From the NCBI GenBank assembly GCA_951406725.2, contig OX597815.1:26908001-26972000 (forward strand): DNA of 64,000 nt. The letters run 5' to 3'. The translations under genes were made by a program, and so were the position numbers. A model generated the notes under the pieces. The model did no database searches and was not told the origin of the DNA. It saw nothing but the letters and a program-made list of their open reading frames with translations. Positions 1-11,768 of the stretch are shown piece by piece. The stretch comes from Octopus vulgaris. Lineage: Eukaryota. Positions within the stretch are counted from its first letter, which is position 1. Every line of letters begins with the position of its first letter.

Positions 1-1772
1 TAATAAATAAATTAAATCTTGGTAGGGCACCTGGAAGGTTTGGAATTTGTGCTGAGGTCTTTCAATTCGGTGGTGATTACATCATACAGTCCCTTCATGA
101 ACTTATTACTGTAGTCTGGAGGGATGGTGCAATGCCTAAGGATTGGAAGGATGCAATTATTCTTCCTCTCTATAAAGGAAATGGAGCCAGAATATTGTGT
201 GGCAACTACAGAAGTATTGCTCTACTATCAGCTGCTGGCAAGGTTCTGGCAAATATTCTTCTTACCCACCTGAATGGATGTCTCGTAAATGATGTCCTAT
301 CTGAATCTCAATGTGGCTTCCAATCTGGTAGAGGGACAATGGATACGATTTTCACAGCAAGACAGATGCAGGAGAAGTGCTATGAGCAGAATATGGATCT
401 GTCCAGATATTCGTTGATTTAACCAAGGCCTTTGATACTGTGAATAGGGCCTTGCTATGGAAAATACTTGGCAAACTTGGATGTCTGGATCACTTTGCAT
501 CTATAATTAAATCAGTTCATGATGGAATGGTGGCTTGGGTCAATGTTGGTGGTGGTATGACAGGATCCATTCCTGTAGAGGATGGTGTCAAACAGGTGAC
601 ATTCTTGCCCCAACTCTCTTTTCTTGGTACTTTGCTGCTGCTTTTACTCATGCTTTTGCTGAGATTAGCTCTCTGGGAATATATGTCAGGTATCAATCTT
701 CTGGCCACCTCTTTAATCTGCGCCAATTTTCTGCCAATTCAAAAGTTTTGAAGTCTCTTATTCATGACCTCCTTTATGAGTGACTTAGTCACTCATACAG
801 TGGATGACATGCAAATACTTATGAATCCTATTTCTGCTTCTTACAAGGCATTTGGACTCAGCATTAGCCTGGACAAGACTGTTGTAATGTTCCAGCCTGC
901 ACTAAGAAATCCATATGTGGAACCAGCTATCTTGGATGAAGGAACAATTCTGAAAGTGGTAGACAAGTTTGTCTACCTGGGCAGCACACTCAGCCGTTCT
1001 TGCTGCCTGGATGATGAAATCTCTTTCAGGCTGCAGAGAGCAACTGGTTCCTTCCAGTCTCTTGAGTCTCATGTCTGGCCCCACATGGCATCACAAGGCA
1101 AACAAAAATTACTGTGTACTATGCATGTGGACTGACATCGCTCTTTTACTCATGTGAGACATGGACCCTTTACAAACGTCATGTAAAGGTCCTTGAATGC
1201 TTCCATCAGAGATGACTTAGACACATTCCGAATGTTGGTTGGACCTTAAAAACTCCAGACACACAGGTCTTAAGGAAAGCTGATATCTTAAGTATTGAGG
1301 CAATAGTGCACAAGCACTGGTTATGTTGGACTGGACACCTCATTAGAATGAAGGATATCAAGATCCCTAAACAAATGCTATATGGGGAACTTGTTAGTGG
1401 AAAGGGACCCCAGCAGAAACCAAGGCTGTGATTTAAAGACTGTGTCAAGTCCTCATTAAAGGCCTGTGATATGCAGTAGACAGACTGGGAGAGCAGTGCC
1501 TGTCATCACCACAGATGGCAGGAGCAGGTTAAAGAGGGGGTTGACACCTTTGAGAGGGCATGTAATCTTCATGAAAAATTTAAGTGTGCTGCAGGAAAGT
1601 GCACTGCTAGCATAGTGAATGGGGAAAGTTTGGTTTGCAATGTATACTTGTCAAGAGCAGGGCTCATTAGCCACCAACTGATCCACAAATGCAAAATATA
1701 AGTTAGTCCTAGAGCGCACAATGTTCCTAAAGATCAGCAATGGTCTTCCATGGTCATGAGTAGACGGCCATC
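1..1772 (+). mobile_element. RTE-clade LINE, 3' half of ORF (reverse transcriptase and C-terminus), frameshifted; truncated by window start
   Basis: Across frames: WKDAIILPLYKGNG..CGNYRSIALLSAAGKVLA, ESQCGF, DLTKAFDTVNR, GVKQ/GDILAPTLF, FVYLGS, ETWTLY, WTGHLIRM..IPKQMLYGEL. Followed by an (ATGT)n-type tail from ~1773. Confidence 0.9.
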
Positions 1773-2829
1773 ATGTATGTATGCATGTATGTATGTAGGT
1801 GCGTATGTGTGTGTGTATGTATGTATGTATGTATATATGTGTGTACATATGTGTGTATGTATGTATCCTTATTGTTTTAACATTCACTTTTCCATGGTTG
1901 CATGGGTCAAATAGAATTTATTAAGATAGATTTTCTACACCAAGGTGCTCTTCCTGTCACTAATCTTCACTTGTTTACAAGGACAATGATATTTTCCTAT
2001 GACCAGAGACCATGTGGTTGGGAAATGGTGTGTATTTGATTTTGTATGTATTGTATGTGTGTATATGTGTATGTGTGTGTGTGTTTGTGTCTAAGTGTGT
2101 ACATGTGTACGTGTACATGCACACACACACACATGCACATATCCACATACACAGTGGAAGCATGAGTAAGAACTAGCATCCATTAATTGTAACATGTACG
2201 GGAAATCTTGTTGCTAAGCATTGCTTTGCATCTCATTTCATTAAATCATTAGTTACTAAATTGAATTATTTTACAGAACTTTCATTAAAAAAATAATTTT
2301 TGTGTTCAAAGATACAAACAAAACAATGCAACATTAAAAAATATACAAAACTAATTTGCTGCTTGATAATATTAAAAATTTACATAGAATTACCAGGATA
2401 GAATAGACGATGAAATTCAATGCTAAAAACATTTAATATGAGAAACCAATTTGTCAATGTAAATAAAACCTAGACATTTACATAAAGGATAATAGTTTCT
2501 GGTCAGCAAATGAATTTAATTTTCACAGTAAGTCTTAAGAGATTTAGAAAATGGAATACAAAGAGATTAGGATATAATAATACAATGTGCTATCGTGAAG
2601 CAAAGTACAAATCCCAGCCTGAGTAGTACAACAAAGATCTGTAAGTTAATTCTTTCAACTGCTGAGATTCAAGAACAAACATGTGAGAATAATGGCCTTC
2701 CTTGCATTTATTTATATCAGTCCAATTAAAATGTTAATGATGAGAGGCTGAGAAATGAGTGGTGAAAGAAGAAAAAGAAAAGAAGATTAATCACAAGAAC
2801 TTCATAGAAGATTATCTCTGACTCTTTAT

Positions 2830-3845
2830 CCCTACATGGACAGCAGTCATAAGCTGAGAAATCTTTGGGAAGGGACATTTATTTATCACCACTTTACTAA
2901 GGGCATTACTGAAGTGTTACAACATTCCATCAGGTAACATTCCATAAATGTTAAAGACAGCTGAGGTAAGTTTCTCAAGGAATTAAGTAAAACTTGTAAG
3001 ATATGATTACATCTTGTCAAAGAAAGATGATCCAAATTCTTCAAACAAATAATTACATTGACAGAATTTTCTTTGATAGATGAGGAATGACTGAAATAAA
3101 GGGCTGGGAAATTTTCTTGAACTGGATAATGTATTCATCTGTCAAATTTTCTCAGAGCCCACTAATATTTAGAACTAGCAGTATCGCCCGGCGTTGCTCG
3201 GGTTTGTAAGGGAAATAACTATAAAGCATTTTTAGAGAGTAATAGCCAAAAAATGGAGGTAAATTTTTCTTTTAGTTAAAAAGGTCGAGTTGCGTCCCCT
3301 AGACAGTCTGTGGTTTGTGTTTCTGATTCTTGACCCCATGTCGAATTTATCGATTTTTTTCAGAACTGGGGGAACTTTTCAAAATTTTCGCTGCGTTAGT
3401 TTTGAATTATGACATTGGGCTATGTGTGTGTCAAGTTTCATCAGAATCGGTTGAAAGCCGTGGTCAGGGTGAGGGTACAACCTAACAGACACACAGAAAC
3501 ACACACAGACAAACTGCCGTTTATATATAGAGAGATTTAGTTTGAGTAAACTTTCAGGTAATCATAAGCTAAGACACATGAAGCTGTGTTGTTCAAGTCT
3601 CATCCAGGCAAGATTTAAAGATGCCAGTTTTTGACAGTAGGAAGCAATAGGCATAAGACTATCGTCTCTGATATCCAGAACCTCAAGTTGCTGGTTTTCA
3701 CTAATATAACGACACACAGCATCATTGATTTCACAACTTTCAAGACTCAATTTTCACAAATCATAGCACTTGGTTACAATTTCATCTAACTCTTTCATAA
3801 AAACATTTACTACACTCACATCTAAGTAAAGTAATTTAGAAAGAT
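2830..3845 (-). pseudogene. SKP2: Intronless, decayed retrocopy of an SKP2-like F-box/LRR gene (LRR and C-terminal part), split by a Helitron at 3175-3535
   Basis: Minus-strand peptides in SKP2 order: KLLYLDVS..CYDL*KLSLESCEINDAV..LEVLDI..CQKLASLNLAW..LPESLLKLN / NISGL*ENL / LKNLDHLSLTRCNHI..LRNLPQL / FNIYGMLPDGML*HFSNAL..INKCPF. These resemble SKP2 motifs as I recall them (LQNLSLEG, LDELNLSW, LNLSGYRKNL, LQHLSLSRCYDI, VFGIVPDGTL..INCSHF). Stops and frameshifts are present and no introns are seen. Confidence 0.8.
3175..3535 (-). mobile_element. Non-autonomous Helitron (361 bp)
   Basis: On the minus strand it begins A|TC and ends with a GC-rich hairpin CCCGAGCAACGCCGGG, then CGATACTG-CTAG|T. 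These are canonical Helitron termini at an A/T target. Confidence 0.8.
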
Positions 3846-3854
3846 TAGTAGTAC

Positions 3855-4866
3855 TACAGACCGCTTCATCCACCTGCAACACCTCCATGATCACTTCAGA
3901 CTGGCCAGCATGACAGCTCTCAAGACCATTGGGACTGGATGGTACAACATTGACTGGCCGCCAACAACCTGCATTACTGTCGTCCTACTTGAGGGGCAGT
4001 CTTCACCACCTGCCACCATCAAGTACGACTATAGTGGGCTACACAGCACTGACATTGGCGACATCAACAATGGAAGTTGATAGTCTTCTCTGAGGAGAGC
4101 CGGTACTGCATTTTCACCTTGGATAGCAGAGTGAGGGTGTGGCATAGGAGGGGTGAACACTACAGAGACACATGTATCATAGAGAGAGATGCGTGGGGTG
4201 GCCAAAACATCATGGTTTGGGATGTTATAGGCCTAAATCAGAGAACTGGGCCCCATGTGTTCCAAAATGTTGGTACAAGCAGAAGGAATGGCTTCACAGT
4301 GCAGCTCTACATTGACTAGATCTAAGACCTCACATCGTGCCCTTTTTCACATGTCACCATAGCCACATGTTCCAGCAGGACAATGCTTCCTTCCACATGG
4401 CCAGGGTCACCATGGACTTCCTGTGTCCGCACAACTTCAGAACTATGCCATGGCCAGCTCTCAACTCAGATTTGAACCCAATTGAACACTTGTGGAATGA
4501 AATTTGGAGATGGCTAAACCAGTTGGTCCACAGGCCAACAACTCATGTGGAACTGGAGGCAGCTTTCCTCAGGGTGTGTGCACAGGTGCCAATGGCTTTT
4601 GTGAACCGCCTCATACACTCTGTGTACCAACAGTGTATGGCTGCTTTGAACACCCAGGGAGGGCAAACATGGTATTGAACATGTCACGCCCTACAATCTT
4701 GAGGTGCTGCCCACTACCAGAACACATGACAATGACCCATAGACTTAGGTCAAGGTGCATCAAAGAAATTGACATTATCAAATTTATAAAAATTTATCTC
4801 TGACATAATGATATTAAAACATATTTCACAGTCATACATGTCTCGCGTTTCTTTTGCGGTTCAGTG
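3855..4866 (+). mobile_element. Tc1-family DNA transposon relic (DD34E transposase), 5'-truncated
   Basis: IVFSEESRY..RVRVW, GGQNIMVW, FQQDNA and WPALNSDLNPIEHLW, with 34 residues between the D of QQDN and the E of PIEH. Right end ..GCGGTTCAGTG is followed by TA. Confidence 0.85.
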
Positions 4867-5062
4867 TATATATATGATGGGCTTCCACACAGTTTTTATC
4901 AATGAAATCTACAATAGCCTAGGGCTATAGTAGAAGACAGTTGCCCAAGATGTTGTGCAGCGAGCCTAAACTGAAACCAAGTGGTTGCAAAGTGAAAATA
5001 TTTGGAAATCACCTGTATCAAATATACTCGATATTGAAGAGCAATATTTATGTGACTAATTC

Positions 5063-5300
5063 TTATCATCATTATCATCATCATCATTTAACGTCCATTT
5101 TCCATGCTGGCATGGGTTGGACGGTTTGACCATGGTCTGAGAAGTCAGGAGGCTGCACCAGGCTCCAGTCTGATCTGGCAGTGTTTCTACAGTTGGATGC
5201 CCTTCCTAATGCCAATCACTCTGTGAATGTAGTGGGTGCTTTTTACGTGCCACCAACACAGGTGCCAGGCGAGGCTGGCAATGGCCACAATCAGTAGCTG
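5063..5300 (-). repeat. Family B retroposon (RTE-related 3' end with (GAT)n tail), short copy
   Basis: Reverse complement of GGGCATCCARCTGTAGAAAC..CCAACCCATGCYAGCATGGAAA..GACGTTAAA-(GAT)n, a motif that recurs across the window. Confidence 0.8.
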
Positions 5301-5774
5301 CTTTTTCTCCAGTGCAGGAGGTAGAAACAATTTACAATGAACTTATATTTAAACAAATGTTTTAGTGGATTCCTGTCAGATCATGATCACACTTCCATTC
5401 CTACCCAAACAGATTGTGCCTCCATGCCATGTAAATACTTGGCCTCATGATCACTGAGGATCTCTCTTGATAAGTGTATATTTTCAATATAGCAAAAATT
5501 GCATCACAAAGACTACATTGACAGAAAAGCTATTTGATCCACAGATGTGCTGTGTTCTCTCCTTGCCATCTATACTGTTATTACAGTGGCTTCTGTTCTT
5601 CAACACTGGCTAATCTCATTCCACTTCAACTCAAGCACTCTAAGTGCATTTGCTTTTCTTTCTTTCATCATGTATATTGTGTCTAAACACCACCACCAGG
5701 CCTTGTATTACCCATTACATCCAGCCCTGCCTTCTTAGAATGTTGGCTTTCAGGCAATCTCTCCTTGCATGCCT

Positions 5775-5817
<43 letters not shown>

Positions 5818-5818
5818 T

Positions 5819-6352
5819 CCATGCTAGTGGGGGTGCAAAGAGCACCATACGAGTGTGATCGTTGACAGAGTGGCTAACCGGCTTCCGTGCTAGTGGCACA
5901 TAAAAGGCACCTTTCGAGTGTGATCGTTACCAGCGTCACCTTACTGGCACTGGAGCCCTGTGCTAGTAGGGTGCTAAGAGCACCATCTGAGCATGATCGT
6001 TGCCAGAGCAGCAAACTAGCCTTCGTGCCGGTTGCACATAAAAAGCACCATTCAAGCATAATCGTTACCAGCATCACCTTACTGGCACCTGTGCCGGCGG
6101 CATGTGTAAAAAGATTCAAGTGAGGTCGTTGCCAGTACTGCCTGACCGGCCCCTGTGCCGGTGGCACGTAAAAGCACCTACTACCTTCTCGGAGTGGTTG
6201 GCGTTAGGAAAGGCATCCAGCTGTAGAAACTCTGCCAGATCAAGATTGAAGCCTGGTGCAGCCATCTGGTTCGCCGGCCTTCAGTCAAATCGTCCAACCC
6301 ATGCTAGCATGGAAAGCAGACGTTAAACGATGATGATGATGATGATGATGAT
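5819..6352 (+). repeat. Family B retroposon copy with internal tandem units and (GAT)n tail
   Basis: Repeated TGGCACRTAAAARGCACC-containing units, then the conserved 3' end and (GAT)n. Confidence 0.85.
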
Positions 6353-6826
6353 TTTTCTATAGCTGCCACCTTGCATTAAAGATATAAATTTTATCAGTTT
6401 CAAAATGTCTTCAAAGTCTATGAATACATCTTTCTCTTCTTGATCAAACAAATAAACATAAAAACAAATGAAGAATACAAAAAAAAAAAAATTGATAATA
6501 TATTTAGGTCACATTCCCTCACATCTAATGACATATTGAGCGGATTAAATACTCAGAACTAGAGTATTAACAAACATAGTCAGAATGAAACCATTCTTCT
6601 TCCCATTCCTTGTTTTCCTTGATATAGGCAGCATTTAATTCTTCTAAATCCATGGCATTTCATTAGACCTGCTGAACTTGTTCTGATTCTCAAATGGAAA
6701 ATATTATCTGAATTATTTGCGTTTGGATTTTCAGAAGATAAATTATCATGTGACTTTAATTTTATAACAAGAGAAATATTCTAGGAATAGAATAAAATGA
6801 GATTGATGGAAAATGATTGAACTTAC

Positions 6827-6961
6827 ATATTTAAAAATACAACAAGACATTGGTACGGCACATCGTTCTGAACTTGGATTAAATCGAGAGCAGTTGAAAT
6901 AGATATTAGCTTGCCAATCTCTATAACCATATTCACTGTGAGATATGCCACAGCATTTAAA
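6827..6961 (-). CDS. TspanC8-type tetraspanin, EC2 (large extracellular loop) exon
   Basis: CTTTTCTAG| 135 nt |GTAAGT, phase 0/0. Translation FKCCGISHSEYGYRDWQANIYFNCSRFNPSSERCAVPMSCCIFKY has CCG, DW, NIYFNC and ERCxVPxSCC motifs typical of TspanC8. It is in frame with the upstream exon. Confidence 0.95.
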
Positions 6962-7083
6962 CTAGAAAAGACAAGAAGAATAAAAACTTATATTAGACAA
7001 TAGTGAATCCATTATTGTATTGAGACTATATCATTGTGATCATACTAGGTGCTATATTGTTATAAAATCATACTAGGTAATAT

Positions 7084-7267
7084 TCTTTTACTTGTTTCAG
7101 TCATTTGACTGTGGCCATGCTGGAGAACCGCCTTTAGTTGAGCAAATTTACCCCAGGACTTATTCTTTGTAAGCCTAGTACTTATTCTATTGGTCTCTTT
7201 TGCCGAACCACTAAGTTACGGGGATGTTGGGGGGAGGGGACAAACATTGACTCACAGACATATATGT

Positions 7268-7306
<39 letters not shown>

Positions 7307-7483
7307 GATATACATATATATGACGGGCTTCTTTCAGTTTCCATCTATCAAATCCACTCACAAAGCTTTGGTCAGCCCAAGGCTATAGGAGAAGACATTT
7401 GCTCAAGGTGCCATGCAGTGGGACTGAACCCGAAACCATGTGGTTGGTAAGCAAGCTACTTACCACACAGCCACCCCTACGCC
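7084..7483 (-). mobile_element. tRNA-derived SINE family A, full-length copy
   Basis: Head GGCGTAGGRGTGGCTGTGTGGTAAG (A-box) and GGTTCAGTCCC (B-box), CCTTGRGCAA segment, internal (TG)n, tail CCAGCATGGCCACAGTCAAATGACTGAAACAAGTAAAAGA. Confidence 0.9.
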
Positions 7484-7862
7484 TAATATAAGCATCTATT
7501 TGATCCTTTACTTTGCATTAATTCTACAGTTCTGTAACAAAACAATATCATATTTCCCAGTATACAAGTCGAATTTTCCAGACCAAAATTTATTGTCAAA
7601 AAAAGTAGGTCATCTTATTTGCCAAGACAACTTTGGAGGAGGAAAACTTCCATGTGAAAGGCGGCAGGACTTGGAAAAACAGTGACAATGTTTGAATGTT
7701 TACACTACATGTTTACCTTGTATTCTATGTTGACTTGATTGCTAGAAAATACAGTATTAGTTTACTGTTTGCTTCACTGTACATTAGTGAAGTAGAATTA
7801 ATGAAGTAAAGTATAAATAAGTTAAGGTGTCACTTTACTGTAATCACAATGTACTGTATATA

Positions 7863-8025
7863 GGCGTAGGAGTGGCTGTGTGGTAAGTAGCTTGCTTACC
7901 AACCACATGGTTCCGGGTTCAGTCCCACTGCGTGGAACCTTGGGCAAGTGTCTTCTACTATAGCCTCGGGCCGACCAAAGCCTTGTGAGTGGATTTGGAA
8001 GACGGAAACTGAAAGAAGCCTGTCG

Positions 8026-8058
<33 letters not shown>

Positions 8059-8284
8059 TTGTGTGTTTGTGTGTGACTGTGTGTGTGTGTGTGTGTGCAT
8101 GTGTGTGTGTGTATGTTTGTGTGTCTGTGTTTGTCCCCATAACTTAGCAGTTCGACAAAAAAAACTGATAGAATAAGTACTAGGCTTATAAAGAATAAGT
8201 CCTGGGGTCGATTTGCTCGACTAAAGGTGGTGCTCCAGCATGGCCACAGTCAAATGACTGAAACAAGTTAATGAGTTAATGAGT
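7863..8284 (+). mobile_element. tRNA-derived SINE family A, full-length copy
   Basis: Same head, (TG)n and tail as 7084-7483, in the opposite orientation. Confidence 0.9.
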
Positions 8285-8499
8285 ATATGTTGATCCGTAG
8301 CTGAATAATTAGTGAGTCATAAATATAGTATGAAACAAAGAGCTAAATTTCATTTCTGTCAAAATACTAGACAGAAATTTACAGCTGACCAAGCCTGCTA
8401 GCTGGTCAACAAATCCCATTCTGCTGTTGGTACTGTACTGTGTATATGGCTATTTTAGTACCCAATGACTCAGTCAATCTGGCTGTAAAGAGATACACA

Positions 8500-8838
8500 A
8501 GGATATACACAAGGATATACACAAGTTATCAACCACCTCACCAACAACAACACTGAACACCTTTTTGATCTCCATGTGTCTAACACACGTGGACATGCCT
8601 ACAAAGTCAGAAAACAACACAGCTCCCATGACTTTCGGAAACATTTTTTCATGCTCAGAGTTGCTGAAGCATGGAATAAACTGCCTGCATCAGTTGTTGA
8701 CTGCCATGACACTGCATCCTTTAAGGCCCTCATGATTTCCGTAATCTGCCGAAACTACACCTGATTATATATACACTTTAGATGAGTTGTAGTGCACCTG
8801 AGCACTGTACACAATTATTATTATTATTATTATTATTA
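8500..8838 (+). mobile_element. CR1/L2-type LINE 3' end with (ATT)n tail
   Basis: NTRGHAYKV..FRKHFFMLRVAEAWNKLPASVV..ASFK matches the CR1-type ORF2 C-terminus. A short UTR and (ATT)n follow. Confidence 0.8.
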
Positions 8839-9859
8839 TAAAGCACATCTTTTAAGTAGTTATGAATAGAAATTAAATATTTCCAAATCCTTGCCATTTG
8901 AATGAAATTTACAAATGTCAAAAATACTACAGCTTTTGTAATACTTGAAATATGCACAAATATCATAAACAATTAAAAAACAGTGAAGGGGCAAAATTTG
9001 CTCTAATCTACAGAAAAAAGTAAATATAAATCACAATTCTCAGTTTTAAACAAAGTGGATACACATATGCTTGATGGAAGACATTCCAAATAACTCAGTT
9101 AATGATATAATTGTATCGTGAGGAGAGCATATTTTCCAATACACAAATAGGACAGGTAAGATATCAGTTTACACACACATGTGCACACACACATGTATGT
9201 GCATAGACATGCACATGCACACTCATAGAATGCCTTTTAAGTATGAGAATAAGAATTATAAATAGCATGTTCTGCTAAATCATTCATCAAAATATTAATT
9301 AAATTTTAAATGGTTAAAATCACGATGTATAAAAGCATAAAATGCACATGACTAATTTCTGAAGTTAATGGTTAAGATAATTGAATGAACAAGTTTTTAA
9401 TTAAAAAAAAAAAAACAACATAAAAACAAACTGAAAAATATTTACAAAAAAAAAAAAAAACAACAATTTATTTTTGAAATTAATATTAAGATTAAAAAAA
9501 AAAACACAGAACAAAACACCATTATAAAATATTCTTTCAAGACATCAGTTTATTGTTTAATTCTATGATGAATACCATAAAACTGGGACAATGGGACATG
9601 TTAATTTAGTGAAATATGGGTCAACTAATCTAGAAGTGCTGTAGCAAAAAGGGAAAAGGAAGGCAGTGTGGGGAGGAAGTTTACTTCACAATTATGTTCG
9701 TCTAGGGTTCACTCTCTCACATCAGCAATACAGTGAACCTAAAGTGTCTTCTACCATAGCTTCCACACAGTTTCTACCTACCAAATTTCATTGCTTTGTG
9801 AGCAAAACTTGGTGGAAGGAAAATTTGCAGAAGCTCATCAAAGATTTTTTTTTTGCCTC

Positions 9860-10054
9860 TCTCTTTTCTCTTTTACTTGTTTCAGTCATTTGACTGTGGC
9901 CATGCTGGAGCACCGCCTTTTAGTCGAGCGAATCGACCCCAGGACTTATTCTTTGTAAGCCTAGTCTCTTTTGCCGAACCGCTAAGTAATGGGGATGTAA
10001 ACACACCAGCATCAATTGTCAAGCGATGTTGGGGAGACAAACACAGACACACAA

Positions 10055-10085
<31 letters not shown>

Positions 10086-10256
10086 CATATATACGATAGG
10101 CTTTTTTCAGTTTCTGTCTACCAAATCCACTCACAAGGCTTTGGTCAGCCCGAGGCTATAGTAGAAGACACTTGCCCAAGGTGCTACGAAGTGGGACTGA
10201 ACCCGGATCTGTGTGGTTGGTAAGCAAGCTACTTACCACACAGTCACTCCTGCACC
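9860..10256 (-). mobile_element. tRNA-derived SINE family A, full-length copy
   Basis: Same family A head and tail. Confidence 0.9.
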
Positions 10257-10607
10257 TATAGATTTAATAGATTTAATTCATTGCCCAGTTTCCCACCACT
10301 GTCTGGGTCATGGGTGATTTCAGTAGAGTCCACCCTGCTGTTAGCATTTGAGCCTAATGACTGAGGATGAATTCCTGCCTCCCTTCTACTAATCTCAGAG
10401 GCTCCAAAAATGGAACTGAGTGCATATCTTTCTCCTTTGTCTAAGTCTTATAAATATGCTTAGACCAAACAGGTGTTTGTGTCTATTAACTTATTTGTGG
10501 CCAATGAATTTGTATCTACAATATAAATTTTCTTGAATTTATAACTGACCAACATAGCTCAATGTTTCCTTACAGTGTGCCATAGATACCAATATTTCTA
10601 GAAATAT

Positions 10608-10820
10608 TGGTTTCAAATTTTGGCACAATACCAGCAATTTTAGGGGGAAGGGTTAAGTCTATAACATCGATCACAGTACTCAACTGGTACTCATTTTATC
10701 AACCCCAAATGGATGAAAGGCAAAGTGGACCTCAGTGAAATTTGAACTTAGAATGTAGAGATGGATGAAATGCTGCTAAGCATTTTACTCAGCAAGTTAA
10801 CAATTCTGTCAGCTCACCAC
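10608..10820 (-). mobile_element. tRNA-derived SINE family C (Meta/MESC-like central domain)
   Basis: Reverse complement of GCCTTTCATCC.TT.GGGGT.GATAAAATGAGTACCAG; same family as 60354-60565. Confidence 0.7.
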
Positions 10821-10861
10821 TTTAATATTTCTTGCGAAGCTCACCACTTAATATTTCTTGT

Positions 10862-11446
10862 GAAGACCTGTTGAGGCAAGTGAAATCAAAATCAAATTCA
10901 ATGACTAGCATCTGTGCTAGCGGGGTGCAAAGAGCACCATACAAGTGTGATCATTGACAGAGCGGCTAACCGGCTTCCATGCAAGTGGCACATAAAAGGC
11001 ACCATTCGAGTGTGATCGTTACCAGTGTCACCTTACTGGCATTTGAGCCCCGTGCTAGTAGGGTGCTAAGAGCACCATCCGAGCATGATCGTTGCCAGAG
11101 CGGCTAACTGGCTTCCATGCTGGTGGCATGTAAAAGGCACCATTCGAGCGTGATCGTTACTAGCATCGCCTTACTGGCACCTATGCTGGTGGCATGTGTA
11201 AAAGGATTTGAACAAGGTCGTTGCCAGTACCACCTGACTGGCCTCCGTGCTGGTGGCACGTAAAAGCACCCACTACTCTCTCAGAGTGGTTGGCGTTAGG
11301 AAGGGCATCCAGCTGTAGAAACTCTGCCAGATCAAGATTGGTGCCTGGTGCAGCCATCTGGTTTGCCAGCCCTCAGTCATTCGTCCAACCCATGCTAGCA
11401 TGGAAAACGGACGTTAAACGATGATGATGATGATGATGATGATGAT
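10862..11446 (+). repeat. Family B retroposon copy with internal tandem units and (GAT)n tail
   Basis: Closely similar to 5819-6352 and 61841-62243. Confidence 0.85.
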
Positions 11447-11509
11447 TACCTGTGATATACTGGTGTTTCACTGAAGGAGAGTGTTATCTTGTATCTATTT
11501 AACATTACT

Positions 11510-11768
11510 ATGAGGATGCATGGCCCAGTGGTTAGGGTGTTGCACTCGTGGTTGTTAGATCATGGTTTCAATTCCTGGACTGGATGATGCATTGCGTTTT
11601 TGAGCAAAGCACTTCATCTCTGAGATCACTTCAATATTTGAGATGCGATACACTATACACCTGTTTAGGCAATGTCAGTTTGATGGAAGGAGTGAGATAA
11701 TGTATAACACAAATTGTTCAGCAAGAAACTACAGAACCATCTTTCTCCAACTACAAGTGACTACCATC
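11510..11768 (+). mobile_element. Degenerate tRNA-derived SINE with 13-bp target-site duplication
   Basis: TGGCCCAGTGG A-box and GGTTTCAATTCC B-box; ATTTAACATTACT at 11497-11509 and 11769-11781. Confidence 0.6.

Noticed and set aside
2566-2650. Minus-strand acceptor followed by a hydrophobic peptide IFVVLLRLGFVLCFTIAHCIIIS as a possible tetraspanin TM4 exon
   Set aside because: No tetraspanin TM4 signature, and the intervening EC2 exon (GC motif) was not found; more likely retrocopy UTR or intron.
5310-5760. Coding-like minus-strand sequence
   Set aside because: Only a faint resemblance to an RTE endonuclease start (LELKW); many stops, not assignable.
7863-7935. tRNA genes at SINE heads (also 35810, 60354)
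   Set aside because: A/B boxes are present but there is no complete cloverleaf; they continue into SINE bodies and tails.
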